This document shows, one piece after another, positions 25,345-38,959 of a DNA stretch of 64,000 nt. Position 1 is the stretch's first letter. Every line of letters begins with the position of its first letter. This DNA is from Eledone cirrhosa (taxonomy: Eukaryota): positions 1 through 64,000 of the forward strand of contig CAXHJY010001255.1 in NCBI GenBank assembly GCA_964016885.1, read 5' to 3'. Under the pieces are notes generated by a model. The model searched no databases, was not told the origin of the DNA, and worked only from the letters and a program-made list of their open reading frames with translations. A program made the translations under genes and the position numbers.

Positions 25345-28195
25345 AGGAAGACCTGAAAAGAGCCACGGACACTACCCTAAAGAGTAAAAAAAATAAGTTC
25401 TGTGATTAAATATTGGCAATTCCCTTCTGGAGGAAGGGTAGATGCCGAATAATGAAATCTTACGTGCCATTGATGAAATAGGGAATGAATATTTATGTCG
25501 AATTAAGCCCCCCACATTTTGGCAAATCAATGCCTGTTTACATGCCCTAGCAACAACAGTGGAGCAGTATCTTGATGATAGAGATATTAACAAGAACAAA
25601 ACACCACAAAAAATACCATCATATATAACTAAAATAGAAAAAAAGATTGCTGACCTATGGAAAACTATAGGATATGCGACAATGCTCCTTACATGCAAAC
25701 AAAAACAAAAAAACTTCACTCCTCACCAACAAAGAGTGAAAAATAAAATAGAAACGATGTTTGGTAACGGTAAAACCAGAACTCTTCAATATAAGCTGAT
25801 CACCCTCAAACAGGAATTGAGAGCTGTCAGCGAGAAACATTGATACCTGAAGAGGGTAGATGAAAGAAAAGTACTTAATAAAAGATTCAGACGAAACCAA
25901 ACATCAGTCTATAGAGATATGAAGGGCAAAGTATTAAATGTCATTGAGGGCCCCATCTCAGAGAGATTCCTTCTGGAGAAAAATATGGTGTGAAAAGAAG
26001 AATTTCAACCAAGATGCAGTGTGGCTAAAAGAAATCCAAAAGAATTATTGGTCCGACACTACAACAAAAACATACAGAATAAATGAGGATACCCTCGAGA
26101 CTGTGATAGGAAAACTCCAAGAAAACACCAGGAAGAGACTTGATTGTCAGCTACAGGTACAAAAAACTGATATTCTATCGGCAGTATCTTATTGACATCT
26201 ACCAACAAGCTCTCAAGGGAGATACACATATACCAGAATGGTTAACATTAGCACAAACAATATTGGTCCCCAAAAACAAAGACACCCACTTGGCAAAAAA
26301 CTACCAACCCATTGCATGCCAGAACCTGATGTATAAGATATATACTGAACCTATTTCTCCAAGATCACAGTGAAAATAATAACATCATCACAGATGAACA
26401 AATAGCTAGAAAGAAAAGTATTTGGGGGTGTGCTGAACAACTCCTAATTAACAATACTGCGATGTCGGAGGTGCGACAACTTAGAAGGAATATAGCGACT
26501 GTCTGGACTACAGGAAAGCATTTGATTCTGTTCCCCACTCTTGGATGATAAAGGCCCTCCGACTTGTTAAAGTCCCAGATATTATTATCAGAACCAGAGT
26601 GTTCTTGGGCTACTATCCTAAAGTTAAAAACAGAAGGAGGAGTCTATTTTCACTAATAAAATAGAATATCACTGGGGTATATTTCAAGGAGACAGTCTCT
26701 ATTTTCACTAATAAAATAAAATATCGCAGGGGTATATTTGAAGGAGACAGTCTCTCTGTGCTACTATTTATCCTGTCATTAAACCCCTTGTCCTTTCTGC
26801 TCAACAAATGTGAAGGATACATCATTAGCTCACAAGAGGACAGAAATACAAACTTATTTCTTTGTGGATGATCTGATACTATGCCAAAAACATAATTGGG
26901 ATGAAGACAAATCTTGACCTAGTTACAACATACTCAAAGGATAGAAAATGTTCATATATGATTGTAAAATAGGGAAAAACTACAACCCATTCTAGCAACA
27001 TTTTTATCAATGGCCTAACTGTTTCGCCGATATCTGATGAGGACTGCTACAGATACCTGGGGATAGATGAGAATATATCTTATAATGGTATTTATAATAA
27101 AGAACGCGTAACCAAGGAATATTACACCCAGTTAAGAAAAACACGTTCATTGGAACTCTCTGCACACAATAAAACAGTGGCTCACAATGTGTTTACTGTG
27201 CCTGTCCTACCATCAATGTTTGGGATACTCGATTGGACGATAGACCAAATCCGAAGAATTGATGTTAAAACTCGAAAAATTCTAAACACTGGAAACTTCC
27301 ACATCAACAGTGACAGAGACCACCTTTACTTGATATGTAGGCAGGGAGGCAGAGGCCTAACATCAGTCCAGACAGCACTTGAGTGCTGCATCATATCCCT
27401 CCGACAACATTTAGAAACCTCCAAGCATAGGAGCCCATCTATTGAGCAAGTCTATCTGTATGAGGCAGATAAGATCATGAGAGTTGGGAAGGAACTCTTT
27501 GAAAGATACTCCCTGTGTGATAATCAAAGACTCACACCCAGGGAAATTGCCCAGTAGTACTGCAGTGAATCCATGGATGAAAAACTGCATGCTTATCAGC
27601 AAAAAAATATGCATGGATATGATGCCAGGAAGCTCCAGAGTGAGAGTAATATAGATAAGCAAAGTAGTCTATCTTGGACCATATTGGCGCCCACTTTTGC
27701 AATCCAAGAACAGTACAATGCAATCTGTAGAAAAGATAGCCCGACAATAAACACATAAAAAGCTACAGCAATGTGGAAGACATACATATACATAATATGA
27801 AAGAGTACTGGTGGAATGTTCCAGTAAAAACCCCAATAAAATGCAAGCATAACAGACCAGATATAATGATATGAGACATGGAAAAGAAGGCATGCACAGT
27901 AGTAGAAGTTAGCTGCCAAGCAGATGCCAATATGATATCAAGGATTAGCAAAAAGGAGAATATCTATGCAGAACTACTGAGAAATCTGCAGATACACCAC
28001 CCTGACTATACCTTCAGATTTATGCCTGTGATTATTGGGGCACTGGGGTATGTTAGTAACTGCCTCAATATGAGTCTTGAGAAGCTGGGCTTCACAGAAA
28101 CAGAAAAAAACCACTAGTTAGGAAATTACAAGCACAATCCATTAATGGAACAGTAAAAATATGTAAAACATTCCCCAAATTCTGCATCTAATAAC
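25345..28195 (+). mobile_element. Decayed R4/Dong-clade non-LTR retrotransposon (RT plus restriction-like endonuclease)
   Basis: FWRKIW, PEWLT.AQTILVPK..KNYQPIAC, DYRKAFDSVPH, GIFQGDSLS, YRYLGI, GGRGL, PDIMI..KKACTVVEVSC, MPVIIGALG. Many stops and frameshifts; ~55-bp tandem duplication at 26641-26757. Confidence 0.85.
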
Positions 28196-28493
28196 TGCAT
28201 ATACACATTTACAGATACAAACCATATGCACACATACAACTCAAAACATACACATCTACACATGCAATAACATCCATACCTGCACACACATGCATGCATG
28301 CAGACATATCTACCTAGTTGATGTGTAAATTCCAATGAGAGAGTCTCGTATCTGTTAGAAACCGACTCTCTCTATTGGCAAACATTTGTGAAATTATAAA
28401 ACCAGAAGAACATATATAGATACATACATACATAGATATGATGGCTGGCCCCTCGTTATCGAGTATGGCCATTGCATGATATAACGTTAATAT

Positions 28494-28602
28494 CCCGCCG
28501 AGGTTGACTTTGCCTTTCATCCTTACGGGGTCGATAAAATAAAGTACCAGTAATGAACTGGGTAATTGCTGGCCTTGTGCCTAAAGTAGACACAAATAAT
28601 TA
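28494..28602 (+). mobile_element. SINE 3' half (same family as 20058)
   Basis: CCCGCCGAGGTTGACTTTGCCTTTCATCCTTACGGGGTCGATAAAATAAAGTACCAG. Confidence 0.8.
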
Positions 28603-28852
28603 TTGATTAAAGCAATCGTGCAATGTCTGTGTGAAGTTTTGTTTTTAAATGAGGAAAGACTGTGCACTGAGCCAATCCCAATCTCTGAGTGACAGTAGCT
28701 ATAACCCAAAAAGAAAAGGTCAACATCATCAGTAACTACTGTGTGTGTGTATATATGTTTACACACATATACACACACACACATATATACACACACACAC
28801 ACATATACATACATATATATACACACACATATATATACACACACACACACAG

Positions 28853-29985
28853 CCGCTTTTCTCTGCTTGCAAGGGTGGGACGGGTCCTATTCAGCACAGC
28901 ATCTCTCCATCTGTCACGGTCCTTTGTCATCTCCTGCGTGAGCCACAACAATCTGAGGTGTGCTCTCATCACCTCCGCCCATGTCTTTCATGGTCTTCCT
29001 CTACTGCGTCTTCCTTCTACTGGAATTACTTGGCACTTCTTTACCCAGCGGTCATCCTCCATGAACATCACATGTCCATACCATCGCAGTCTTCTCTCCC
29101 GCATTTGAAAAATGAGCCTATCAATATGACTTCTACTGTCAAATTTCCCTGTACATCTACTGCATACGTATTTTTCCCTACCTGTTAGTTTGCCTGCTAG
29201 CCCACTACATCTCTTATGTACCCAAGATCTGCATTGTGTACAATTTATAGAATTTATGCCAGTTCCTTTTCTGCATATGGAACATGGCCATTTCCCAGAC
29301 GGAATCAGAGTTTTGTCCTCTTTTCTACTTATCAACACTTTTGTCTTAGCTAGGTTCACTCTTAGTCCTCCCGATTCCAACTGCTGTTTCCATAGTCAGA
29401 ATTTATTCTCTAGCTCCTCTACTGATTCTGCTACAAGAACCAGATCGTCAGCATTGAGTTCCCATGGGCAGCCAGTCTTAAACTCCTCTGTTATGGCTTG
29501 GAGGACTATAATGAACAAGATCGGGCTGAGGACTGAACTCTGACGTACTACTTGTATCTGGAATTCCTACCCTCACTTTACTGACAGCACCTTTGTACAA
29601 ATCTTGCACTGTCCTCACAAGCCATTCCTCTACACCTAGTTTACTTAGGGACCACCAGATGACAGATCGGGGTACTGAGAATACTGCTGCACCAGTCTTT
29701 GGGTATGACTCCGTCATATGTAGCTTGATTGATGATGCATGCAACCAGTTCAGTGCCTACTTTTCCTGATGACTTCAGCATCTCAGTAACTATCCCCGAC
29801 GGTCCAGCGGCCTTACAATTTTTCATTTCCTTAATTACCTCTTGGACCCTATATTCATCTCAATAGCTGGTCCCTCTGTTGGATCTACTGGTGCTAATTT
29901 CTCTCTCTTCCATTCGTTCTCCACATTCATCAGTCTCTCATAATGACATTTCCAGGCCTCCTTTTCACTAAGTACACCGGCATCA
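28853..29985 (-). pseudogene. Internally deleted RTE LINE fragment
   Basis: WKCHYERLMNVEN, KAAGPSGIV.EMLK, VPRSVIWW, PHD-like finger, RRLRWYGHV, RSRGRP. Confidence 0.85.
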
Positions 29986-30374
29986 TTCCGAACACACATA
30001 TCACACACACACACATATATATGAGAGAGAAAAAAAGAGGTGATAAATACCAATAAAATATTGGGGGAGGGGAGCAGATATGATGGAGGTGTACAGATTG
30101 AAACTGAGAAAAAATGAAGCAGAAAAAAAAAAAAAAAATTGATAGGATAGTAAAGCCCCAGAATATTTAATAATGCAAAAAGAAAAATGTAAAATTTCAA
30201 TTGAAGAAAATGATCAAATAATAATAATAACCCAATTTAATTAGGTCTATTAGCTTTATGCCTCTGTAGCTGTTTCTTTCTAGAGCATCACCTTTTCCTT
30301 ATAGCAATTAACATGCGTACTGCTGTGCCAACCATTGTTCGCAATAGGTTATTATTATTATTATATATAAGGAC

Positions 30375-31168
30375 ATGCGTTACACATTAAGGGATCTTGT
30401 CAGGAGTGAGCCAATAATATTCTGATGAATGAGCTTGGTTTGAGAAAGGTGTCTGCATGCTGGGTTCCATATCTTGAGTGAAGAACAAAAGTGCACTCAT
30501 TGCACCATGTCCTCCAATAATTTGGAACTTCTCGAAGCTGATACGGAAGATTTCCTGGCACGATTTGTAACCTTTGGACAAGACCTGGATCAATCACTAC
30601 CAACCTGAAACAAAAGAGCAGTTTAAACAGTGGAAGCAACCATCCCGAAGAAGGCCAAGGTCACACCATCAGCAGGAAAGGTCATGGCTACCATTTTCTG
30701 GGATGCACAAGGAGTGTTGTTGGTGGATTATCTCCAAAAGAGCCAAACCATCACCAGACAATACTATGCCTTCCTACTTAAACATCTGTGTGAGAACATC
30801 AAGAAGAGGTCAGGATTTCTGTTGAAAGGGGTCATGTTTCATCATGACTATGCTCCTGCCCACAATGGTAACAATCCATTGCTGTGGGTTCTAACTCATC
30901 CCTCATCCACCATACATGCCCTACCTCCGACCTTCAGACTTCCACCTGTCCCTAAACATGAAAAAGGATATGGCCAGACAACACTATGCCACAGATGCTG
31001 TGGACACCTACCTGAAGGATCAAACTAAAGAGATTTACTTCAGCGGCATCCAGGCACTTGTGGAAGAAGTGTGTGGACTCAAAGGGAGACTATGTTGAAA
31101 AATATAACTAGAAAATATTTGTATGTGCTAGCGTTTCTTGGAGGCTCAAAACTTTTCATTCACCCTCG
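30375..31168 (+). mobile_element. Decayed mariner DNA transposon (DDD domain plus 3' TIR)
   Basis: LGLRKVSA.WVP, D.TWINHYQPETKEQ, SAGKVMATIFWD..GVLLVDYL, HHD.APAH, PSDFHL; TIR-like CAAAACTTTTCATTCACCCTCG. Confidence 0.85.
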
Positions 31169-32351
31169 CGTGCGTGCGTGCGTGCGTGCGTGTGTGCATG
31201 CATGGGAAAACAGTATGGAAGCCTGTCAGATGGATTGTACCTATAATTCAAAAGTTTGAGCTTTGTTACTGTCTCTGCCCAAGCTGAGGACTATTTCAAG
31301 TGGTACAAATGACTGTTGAATACCCAACCACTATTTTCCATCTATCCAACTTCATTTTCAAGGCTTGAATTGATCTGAGTCCAAGATGCTGTGCTATGAG
31401 TTTGAAGCTGGGACATTGTGATTCCAAAATAAACTTCTTACACATTTGGCCATCTAGCATCAAGTAGTCATAGATAGATAGACATACATATAGGCATAAA
31501 GTGACAGGCATACATACTCATAGACCCTCACATATATACACACATACTTATATCTATGCATGGACCCTTACATACACAACATATATTCACATATATACCC
31601 TCACATGCATGCAGATACACACCCATACATACACTCAGATATACAGGCACACACAAACACACACACAATATACATACAATCTCAACTATATTGTATTAAT
31701 GATAGCATACATAGTGAGTATACAGTACACATGCTTCAAAAGATATAAGGAATGTCAAAAAATAATGATTATAGATCAGCGATTGTGTATGAGCATACAC
31801 ACAAACACTCATACACATACACAGCTGAAGTGAGGTTAACCTGAAATTATCCAATACCCTATAATTTCTTCACACTGAATAAAATTGTTAAATTCTTCAG
31901 ATTGCTTTAGATTAAAACAAAAAAACAAAAAAAAAAAATCAATTGGTCATTTAATTAGTTGGCTAATGAAACACACTTTTAAAGTGAGTTGGGTGAGGTG
32001 GGGGTTATATTAGAGACTACTGTCACTAAAATGTGGTCAAAAAATGTATTGTGACACCTGTCAGTGACTCAGTATCAAGACAGATGTGTCGTAGCAGCAG
32101 AGTCCTATCATAACAACAAACTTAATAACCACAAGGATCCTATATCAAAATACAACTGTGTCATAAGAACAGATGTCAGAGACTTAGTACTAAGACAGAA
32201 GTGTCATAAGAACAGATCTGTCAGTGATTTAAGTCCCTGTTGCTGTCTTGGTACTATTGCAAAAAAAACCCTCAATGACTACTGTGACTCAATATTAAGA
32301 GAGATGTATCATAAGACCAATAAGAAATATCAGCATTGGACTTAATTTCTA

Positions 32352-32745
32352 GGTATGTCATAGATTTAATGCAACCCCAGTGTGTCAAGGGTGTGTGACA
32401 TATTTAGTGCAGATCTCAGTGTGTTCATAAGGTGTGTATTAGCTGTAGTATGATCCCACTGTGCACAGTGGATATGGGTAAAGGGTGTGTCTCAGATTTA
32501 GTGTGGTCCCATTATAAGCAAAGAATGTGTTAGTTTTAGTGCAATCTCATCTTAATGTGGATAAAAGGTGTGTCCTAGATGTAGTGTGATCCCAGTGTAT
32601 TGAAAGGGTGTGCTATAGCTTTAGTATGATTTTTATCTCATCATTGGTAAAAGATGTGTCTCACAGTAGGCAATGGGTGTGTCATACTTTTAATGCAAAC
32701 CCAGAGGGACTTTGATAGCTTTAGTGTAAGCCAAAGTATGGGCAA
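32352..32745. repeat. Degenerate ~40-bp minisatellite
   Basis: Recurrent (A)GGGTGTGTC..AG(A/C)TTTAGTG..ATCCCAGTG, about 9 copies. Confidence 0.65.
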
Positions 32746-33489
32746 CAAGTCAGAAAAGGTAAAAAGAAAACAACTTATAACACCACGTAATGAAATTAGA
32801 ATGTGGGTGTACTTAGTGAGACATTAGCTACTGCATGGTTAAACAAGCCAATGGAGGAGCCTCTATGTGGTCATGAAATCTGTTAGAAATAGTAGATGAC
32901 AGGATTGAGGCCCTTACCAATAAAATATTCAAAATAACTTATGAAATGAAATCTTACATTAGGCTAGAAAAAAACCTGTGCATGGTGTGTGTGGCATAAC
33001 AACATACAACTAACTAGAAATAGCAGCCAAATAGCCCTCATACCATACCATATTTTAAAATAAATAGTATGCATTGGATAATGTAGTCAGAGCTATGTCT
33101 GGGGTGGGGGGGGACAAAAAACATGGGGTGATCATGATTGGAATGCCTTTGATGAGATCGGCTTGTTCTTGATTAGGGCTGAAATAGATCTGAACAATAA
33201 CACTTTCAAAGTATCAAAAGTAAATAAAATAAACAACCCTTGATAGCAGTGAAAACAGCATAAATAAATGCAGAGGTCAACATTAAATGAAATTTCTAAA
33301 TTTGTCAAGCCTATCAGACAAACTGAATTGATTGTTGACTTTTCAAGGGATGACTAATTGTTTTTGTTTGTTTTATATATATTTATAAATTATTTTAAAT
33401 GCTATAGTGTCACGAGATATTCTATAATCCAGGTCCTGCACGCACGCACACAGAGTATTATTTTGATTGAAGTTGAGATTTTATAATAT

Positions 33490-33815
33490 ACTAGCTGAAT
33501 TACCTGGCGTTGCCCGGGTTACTGCTGTTCTTATTCAGATTAGTAAACAATAAATATGAAGATGTGTTTTTTTCTCTCATAATTAAAAGTGGGAGGGTTG
33601 AGAAAATATGTGTCTACACAGGTTCCTAGAACCATTAGTGAAATCATGTTACATGCTACCAAAACATCTTCAGTTGTACGAGATACCCTGAAAAGGACCT
33701 AGTAGACTGGAATAAATATGACCAAAGAATGTAAATGAAAATGTCTTGCTTATAGATGACTAAGAATCAGTAATGAGAAACTCAGACTCATGCAAACTCA
33801 GCTTTTAATAAATAT
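33490..33815 (+). mobile_element. Helentron/DINE-like non-autonomous element (short)
   Basis: ACTAGCTG..CCTGGCGTTGCCCGGG start; ACTCAGCTTTTAATAAATA end. Confidence 0.5.
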
Positions 33816-35685
33816 TATTCTACTCTACTTAGAGGTAGTGAATACTTTTTGTGGCTTTACAATTTACTCCAGAGTGAACTTATATTTTTATATACACACA
33901 CACAAACACAACTTAAAATTATGCATGCACACATATGCATCTCAATTACACACATACAAAAGGTTGACAGCCGGTTGAATATTGGCACAAATAACAGTTC
34001 AAAGATTCAGTTAAGACATTCACAAATACATAAGTAACATTAACATATATTAAATAAGATCCACAATGACAATACAGAAATACTTAAGAAGGAATGGGAT
34101 GAGCAGTATCATTTTACACAAGGTGGGGAGAATAAAAGAAATTTCTATATTGAAAATATATTTAATTTGCACTAGGAAATTAATTCAATGCTAAAAACAA
34201 GATAAGTAACGTAAACACATGTGGTGTTACATTAATTAAGACAAGCTGTTGTGGAGATTAAATCAAGTGAAAGGCATAGAAAATTAATCTGATGTTGACA
34301 ATATATTTATGTACAAAAGGAGACAGCAAGCAAGTGAGAGGAAAGACCCTGTCTCCATCTGCATAGAAAGATACAATATAACCTATAACGAAAGTAGGAT
34401 TAACATGATACTTGAAAGAAATTAAAAAGTAAAATGAGAACGTGTGCTGTGAACACCAAGAAGAAAAAAGATGGTAGAAAAAGTAATCAAATGTTCCAGG
34501 AACTAGGTAGGATCCAACAACTTAAAAAATGGAAAAAAAAACACATTGGATAATGGTCATGATTAGAAAACTTTTGATGAAAAACTGTATAATCTGGGCT
34601 GTGTCTTTTACCATATCCTCAGGTCAAAAAGAGCCTTGAGTGAAATTTGAAAGAGGGAGTCAAGATGGAAGCCAGTTGAAGTATCTGTTTCTGTTCTTGG
34701 ATGGTAGACTGTCACCTGGTTTAACACCACCACCTGACACATAAGTACCTTTAATATAGTTTCATATTGTTGCCAAAAAATGGGTATTTAGTCTCACTAA
34801 GTTTTAGCTGTGATATAATCAATTACCTCCATATCAGTTGAAGAGTGCTGTATTTCAGGTTCATTAATCCTTATCAGTAACACAGGTGCCAAGGTATGAA
34901 AGATGATATCATCTAAATTTTGTAAAACTATTCTTATTGAAAGACTATTCACATATAGAGCAAACTTGACCAACTAGTCAACTAGTATATTAGTGATAGC
35001 ACTAATATAGTGGGATTCAGAATAGAGGCTTAGATGAACCCATTTACAATATAGTTATGTATAATAACATACATTTAACCTTGCTAATTAAACTCCCCTA
35101 TTTCCTTGCCACAGCTTAACCTGGATGCATTTAGTGGAACCTACTGTTGCAAGTATTTGGACTAGATATCCAGTCTGAGGATAACTTTTCTTCCTCCAAT
35201 AAAATTTCTAAAAGAGATAATGAGCACTGCCCTTCCTCCTCTGACTAAGCAAATTAAAAAATAAAAATATAAAGACATATTTTGTATCGTATAGAGACAG
35301 CATGTATCTGCAGTAGATAAGAACTTATAACTCACTAAGTTTATCTCAACTATTGAATCTATAGAGGAGTTACAGTTAACTAACAGGAAAACAGTTATCT
35401 GTACATAGTATTAAATAGTTAAATAATTTGTTTGAAAACTATTTGTCATCTCCCACATTTCCACTCCCAACAATAAGGTTTCACATCCTGTTACATTGAA
35501 TTATACAGAATCACAAAAACTTGAATTTATAGGAAACTAGAACTTTCAACATAGCTACAAATGCTAAGACTGCCCATTACAGAGGATTTCTCCTGGCAAA
35601 CACCTACTCAACATAGCAAAGAGAGCTTCACAAAGACACTCTTCTTCAGGGCCAGAAAATACTTCAGTGCTCATCAACTACAATG

Positions 35686-35962
35686 TGGAGGTGCATGGCC
35701 TAGTGGTAAGGGTGTTGGACTTACGATCATAATGTGGGTTCGGTTCCTGGACTTGGTTGTGAGTTGTGTTCTTAAGCAAAGCACTTCATGCCATGTTGCT
35801 CCAGTAAACTCAGCTGAAAATGACGACCAGCAACAGCTGGGGGTTTAACTGCGATAGACTGGTGTCCTGCCCAGTGAAGAGTCTTGTACTCTCAGTCGCT
35901 TTATGCCATGGAAACCGGGATAAGCACTGGCCTGATGAGCCTCTGGGCTCAAGGCAGACTTT
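35686..35962 (+). mobile_element. tRNA-derived SINE (second family)
   Basis: A box TGGCCTAGTGG, B box GGTTCGGTTCC, body TGTGTTCTTAAGCAAAGCACTT, tail GAAACCGGGATAAGC..GGCCTGATG..CAGACTTTA. Confidence 0.75.
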
Positions 35963-38299
35963 AGACCATCAACTACTAACCTCTTATAGAATTCTGGTGA
36001 GACCTACAATGGAATAATTCTTCCACATCTATAGTACAACTGCTACACACACAGAAGAGACATCACAGAGTAAGTCATATAGCTACATGCAAAACAAAGA
36101 TGATTGGGGGAGAGGACATAAACACAAGCATTGTGGAATATGTAATAGATGGTGACTTTCATGACATTCACAAAGGGGTTATTAATATAAGTCAGGGGGA
36201 AATAGTTAGAAATGAGAATTGACCAAAGAGCATGTTCACTGGATTACCAACCCCTATTCTGTTACAAACCAAAGCTAGTGTTTGAAGAAAGAGGGATGCA
36301 TAGACAGTTAAACCAATCACTGGTTATTTCTACTACTGTTCTATTTATCAGACCTAGTCTACTGGGCTATTGCTAATTTTGTTTTTCTGTAAATCCCAGT
36401 TTATAGAATAAGTACACCATATCTCTGTGTATCATAAAAGGGTGACTAAAAGTTTGTACCAGGAAAAGGATCCAGACATAAAACAAGGACTGAAAAAGAC
36501 TCATATAACTCATATCAGCATAAAGTGGACATAAAAACAATGATGATGATATGGATAAGGTGAATTTCCCCTCATCCATATCATAATCAGGTAACTTTTC
36601 TCATGAGTTTCTGAATTTAACTTTAAAGTGGAAGATAACAAATCACTTGTCAAATACTAAGGCTTGACCAAACATTTCCTGTTGATGCTGGTTGCCATCA
36701 AGACCCCTGGTGTCCTCAGTTCATGAACCCCATAAGGTAGAGTGGCTAATGCTACAGGTGTTGCTGGTTGTTCTCGGTGTGATACCTTCACTATTTGTCT
36801 ATAGGATGCAGCTAAGATATACCACATAGACTGGGCTGTAGAGCATGCTGCTCCCATCTGCCACCTTTCTTATTTCTTATTGCAAACATAATTTAATTGA
36901 AATTTGTTGAAAAAAATGTTAAAGTACTATCACAGTAAGTGATAACAGCTGTTTATAGTTAAACAGACTGAGTAATACTCATGTACTTTTGGCTTCAGGT
37001 TTTTAACAATTTATTCTCATTTATCCTCAACTATAGTGCTTAAATACCTTGCAGTATTTGTTTTGACTCCTTGTGCTCTGAGTATATATCATACTGAGTT
37101 CAAATTTGTCTTTTGTCCTTCCAAGATCAATAAAGTATAATATCAGTTCAGGTTGATGAACTGGTGGAATTGTCATTGAATTAGATGAGATGCCTTGCAA
37201 TTTTTGTTCCATCTCTGTGTTCTAAGTTCAAATCTTGCTGTTGCCTAGTTAAGTAACTTTAGCAGATGCCACATTGAACCAAATCTCTGGCTTGGGGGGG
37301 GGGGGGATCTTCCCAGTGGTATTCAAGGCATCGAAAAGTATCATGGTCATTAACTTTCTTTTTTCTACCTAAACTATAAATAATTCAAAAAAATATAAAA
37401 AGGACTGCAGTTTCTAGCAAGTTACACTTCTCTAATGTTTTGCTAACAATAACTCTATGAGAAAAGAGAAGGTTATGGCCATCACAGAAACATTTCTTCT
37501 TAACTCTAAATCACAGTGACCTTGTGAAACTAAGTAATCAATATATCAATATTTTCTACTGAGATTAATTATCAAGTGTTGATGGACAAGCCAAATTTCT
37601 ATTTTCTACCATCAGACTATAACAGAAATAGATGGCATCTCCATTTCATGGTTGACTTAGTTAATAGCAGGAAGGACATCCAGCTGTGAAAATAGTTACT
37701 CCAAACAATTCACTAATGTCTAAATTTTCAAAAAAAAAAGAAAAGAAAAATAGAAGGAAAAAAACCTCACTGAAGCTAGTTTGAAAAAAAGATGTAAATT
37801 ATACAAACACACATCTACAGCTGGCCTATGTTCCATTCCTAGATTTCCCTGACATTAAAAGAGCCAAGTATTCATACAATACATTAATGTTCTTATCACC
37901 AGAATTAAAAGAGAGAGAAGACAAAACAGTAAGTGAAATAGGGAGAAATTTAATGAAACTTCCACCTAATTCTTCCATATCACACGAGTCACCTGTCCAC
38001 CCAGCTGCACACACAATGAAACACCCTTTCACTCACTTCAACAACATCTAGTTCTTTTTCTGGTTGGAAAAAAAGGAAATAAATTTCTTTGTATCTCTCC
38101 TTTTTTCTATCATGCACCATACTGCTTGATTTAAAAATAGTATCAATTTATAGTGACACCCACTTCACACTTGTAATATTTCTTCATATTCTTCATCTAA
38201 TTACAACCACCAACATCACTCACACACCTACCAGTAAATGCCTTTTTACTTATAAGCTAACCAGTGTGGGCAGACTACTAGGCTCATGTAAAGCCAGTA

Positions 38300-38490
38300 A
38301 ATAATTGTTTCTACTTTAGGCACAAGGCCAGCAATTACCCAGTGCATTACTGGTACTTTATTTTATCGACCCCGTAAGGATGAAAGGCAAAGTCAACCTC
38401 GGCGGGATTTGAACTCAGATCGTAAAGGGACGTAACTATGCTGGAAAGCATGGCGTCCGACCCTCTACCGATACTGCCAATCCACCGCCT
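38300..38490 (-). mobile_element. tRNA-derived SINE, full length (family of 20058)
   Basis: Reverse complement of 20058-20254. Confidence 0.85.
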
Positions 38491-38959
38491 ATGGAAAGCT
38501 GGTAAATAATAGATGGAGGCCAGGTTAGGGTTACATTATCTGTCATTTTTTGGTGAAGTTTAACTATTTTATTTCATGTCTTCTGTTAAGTTCATTCTAT
38601 CAGGATTCACTCCTTTATCTTGCCCTGCTGCCCCTTCTTTTTCTCTATTAGAGATTCAACCAAAGCTAATCCATTACATCACAACCCATTGCCTGAAACC
38701 ATCAAGTACATAGACTTCTCCAAATCATTCAAAGCTCATTTGTAAACTCCAAAAGAGTTCTCCTTTATCAACAAGTACTTACACTGCTTACTGGGAAGTT
38801 ATATTTATTGCATGCTTTCTATAAACAACGACTATCCTATTTCATGCTTTCTATAACAATGGATATATCCTATCTCATGTACTTTATTCAATGTCTTCTA
38901 TCAACAATGGCTATTTATTCATATTATTTCATGTCTTCCCAAACTTCTGAATTGGCATC

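Noticed and set aside
35686-35760. tRNA gene
   Set aside because: A and B boxes only, no cloverleaf; it is a SINE head.
35931-35962. CCTGATGAGCC..GGGCTC as a hammerhead
   Set aside because: Part of the SINE tail; there is no GAAA after the stem.
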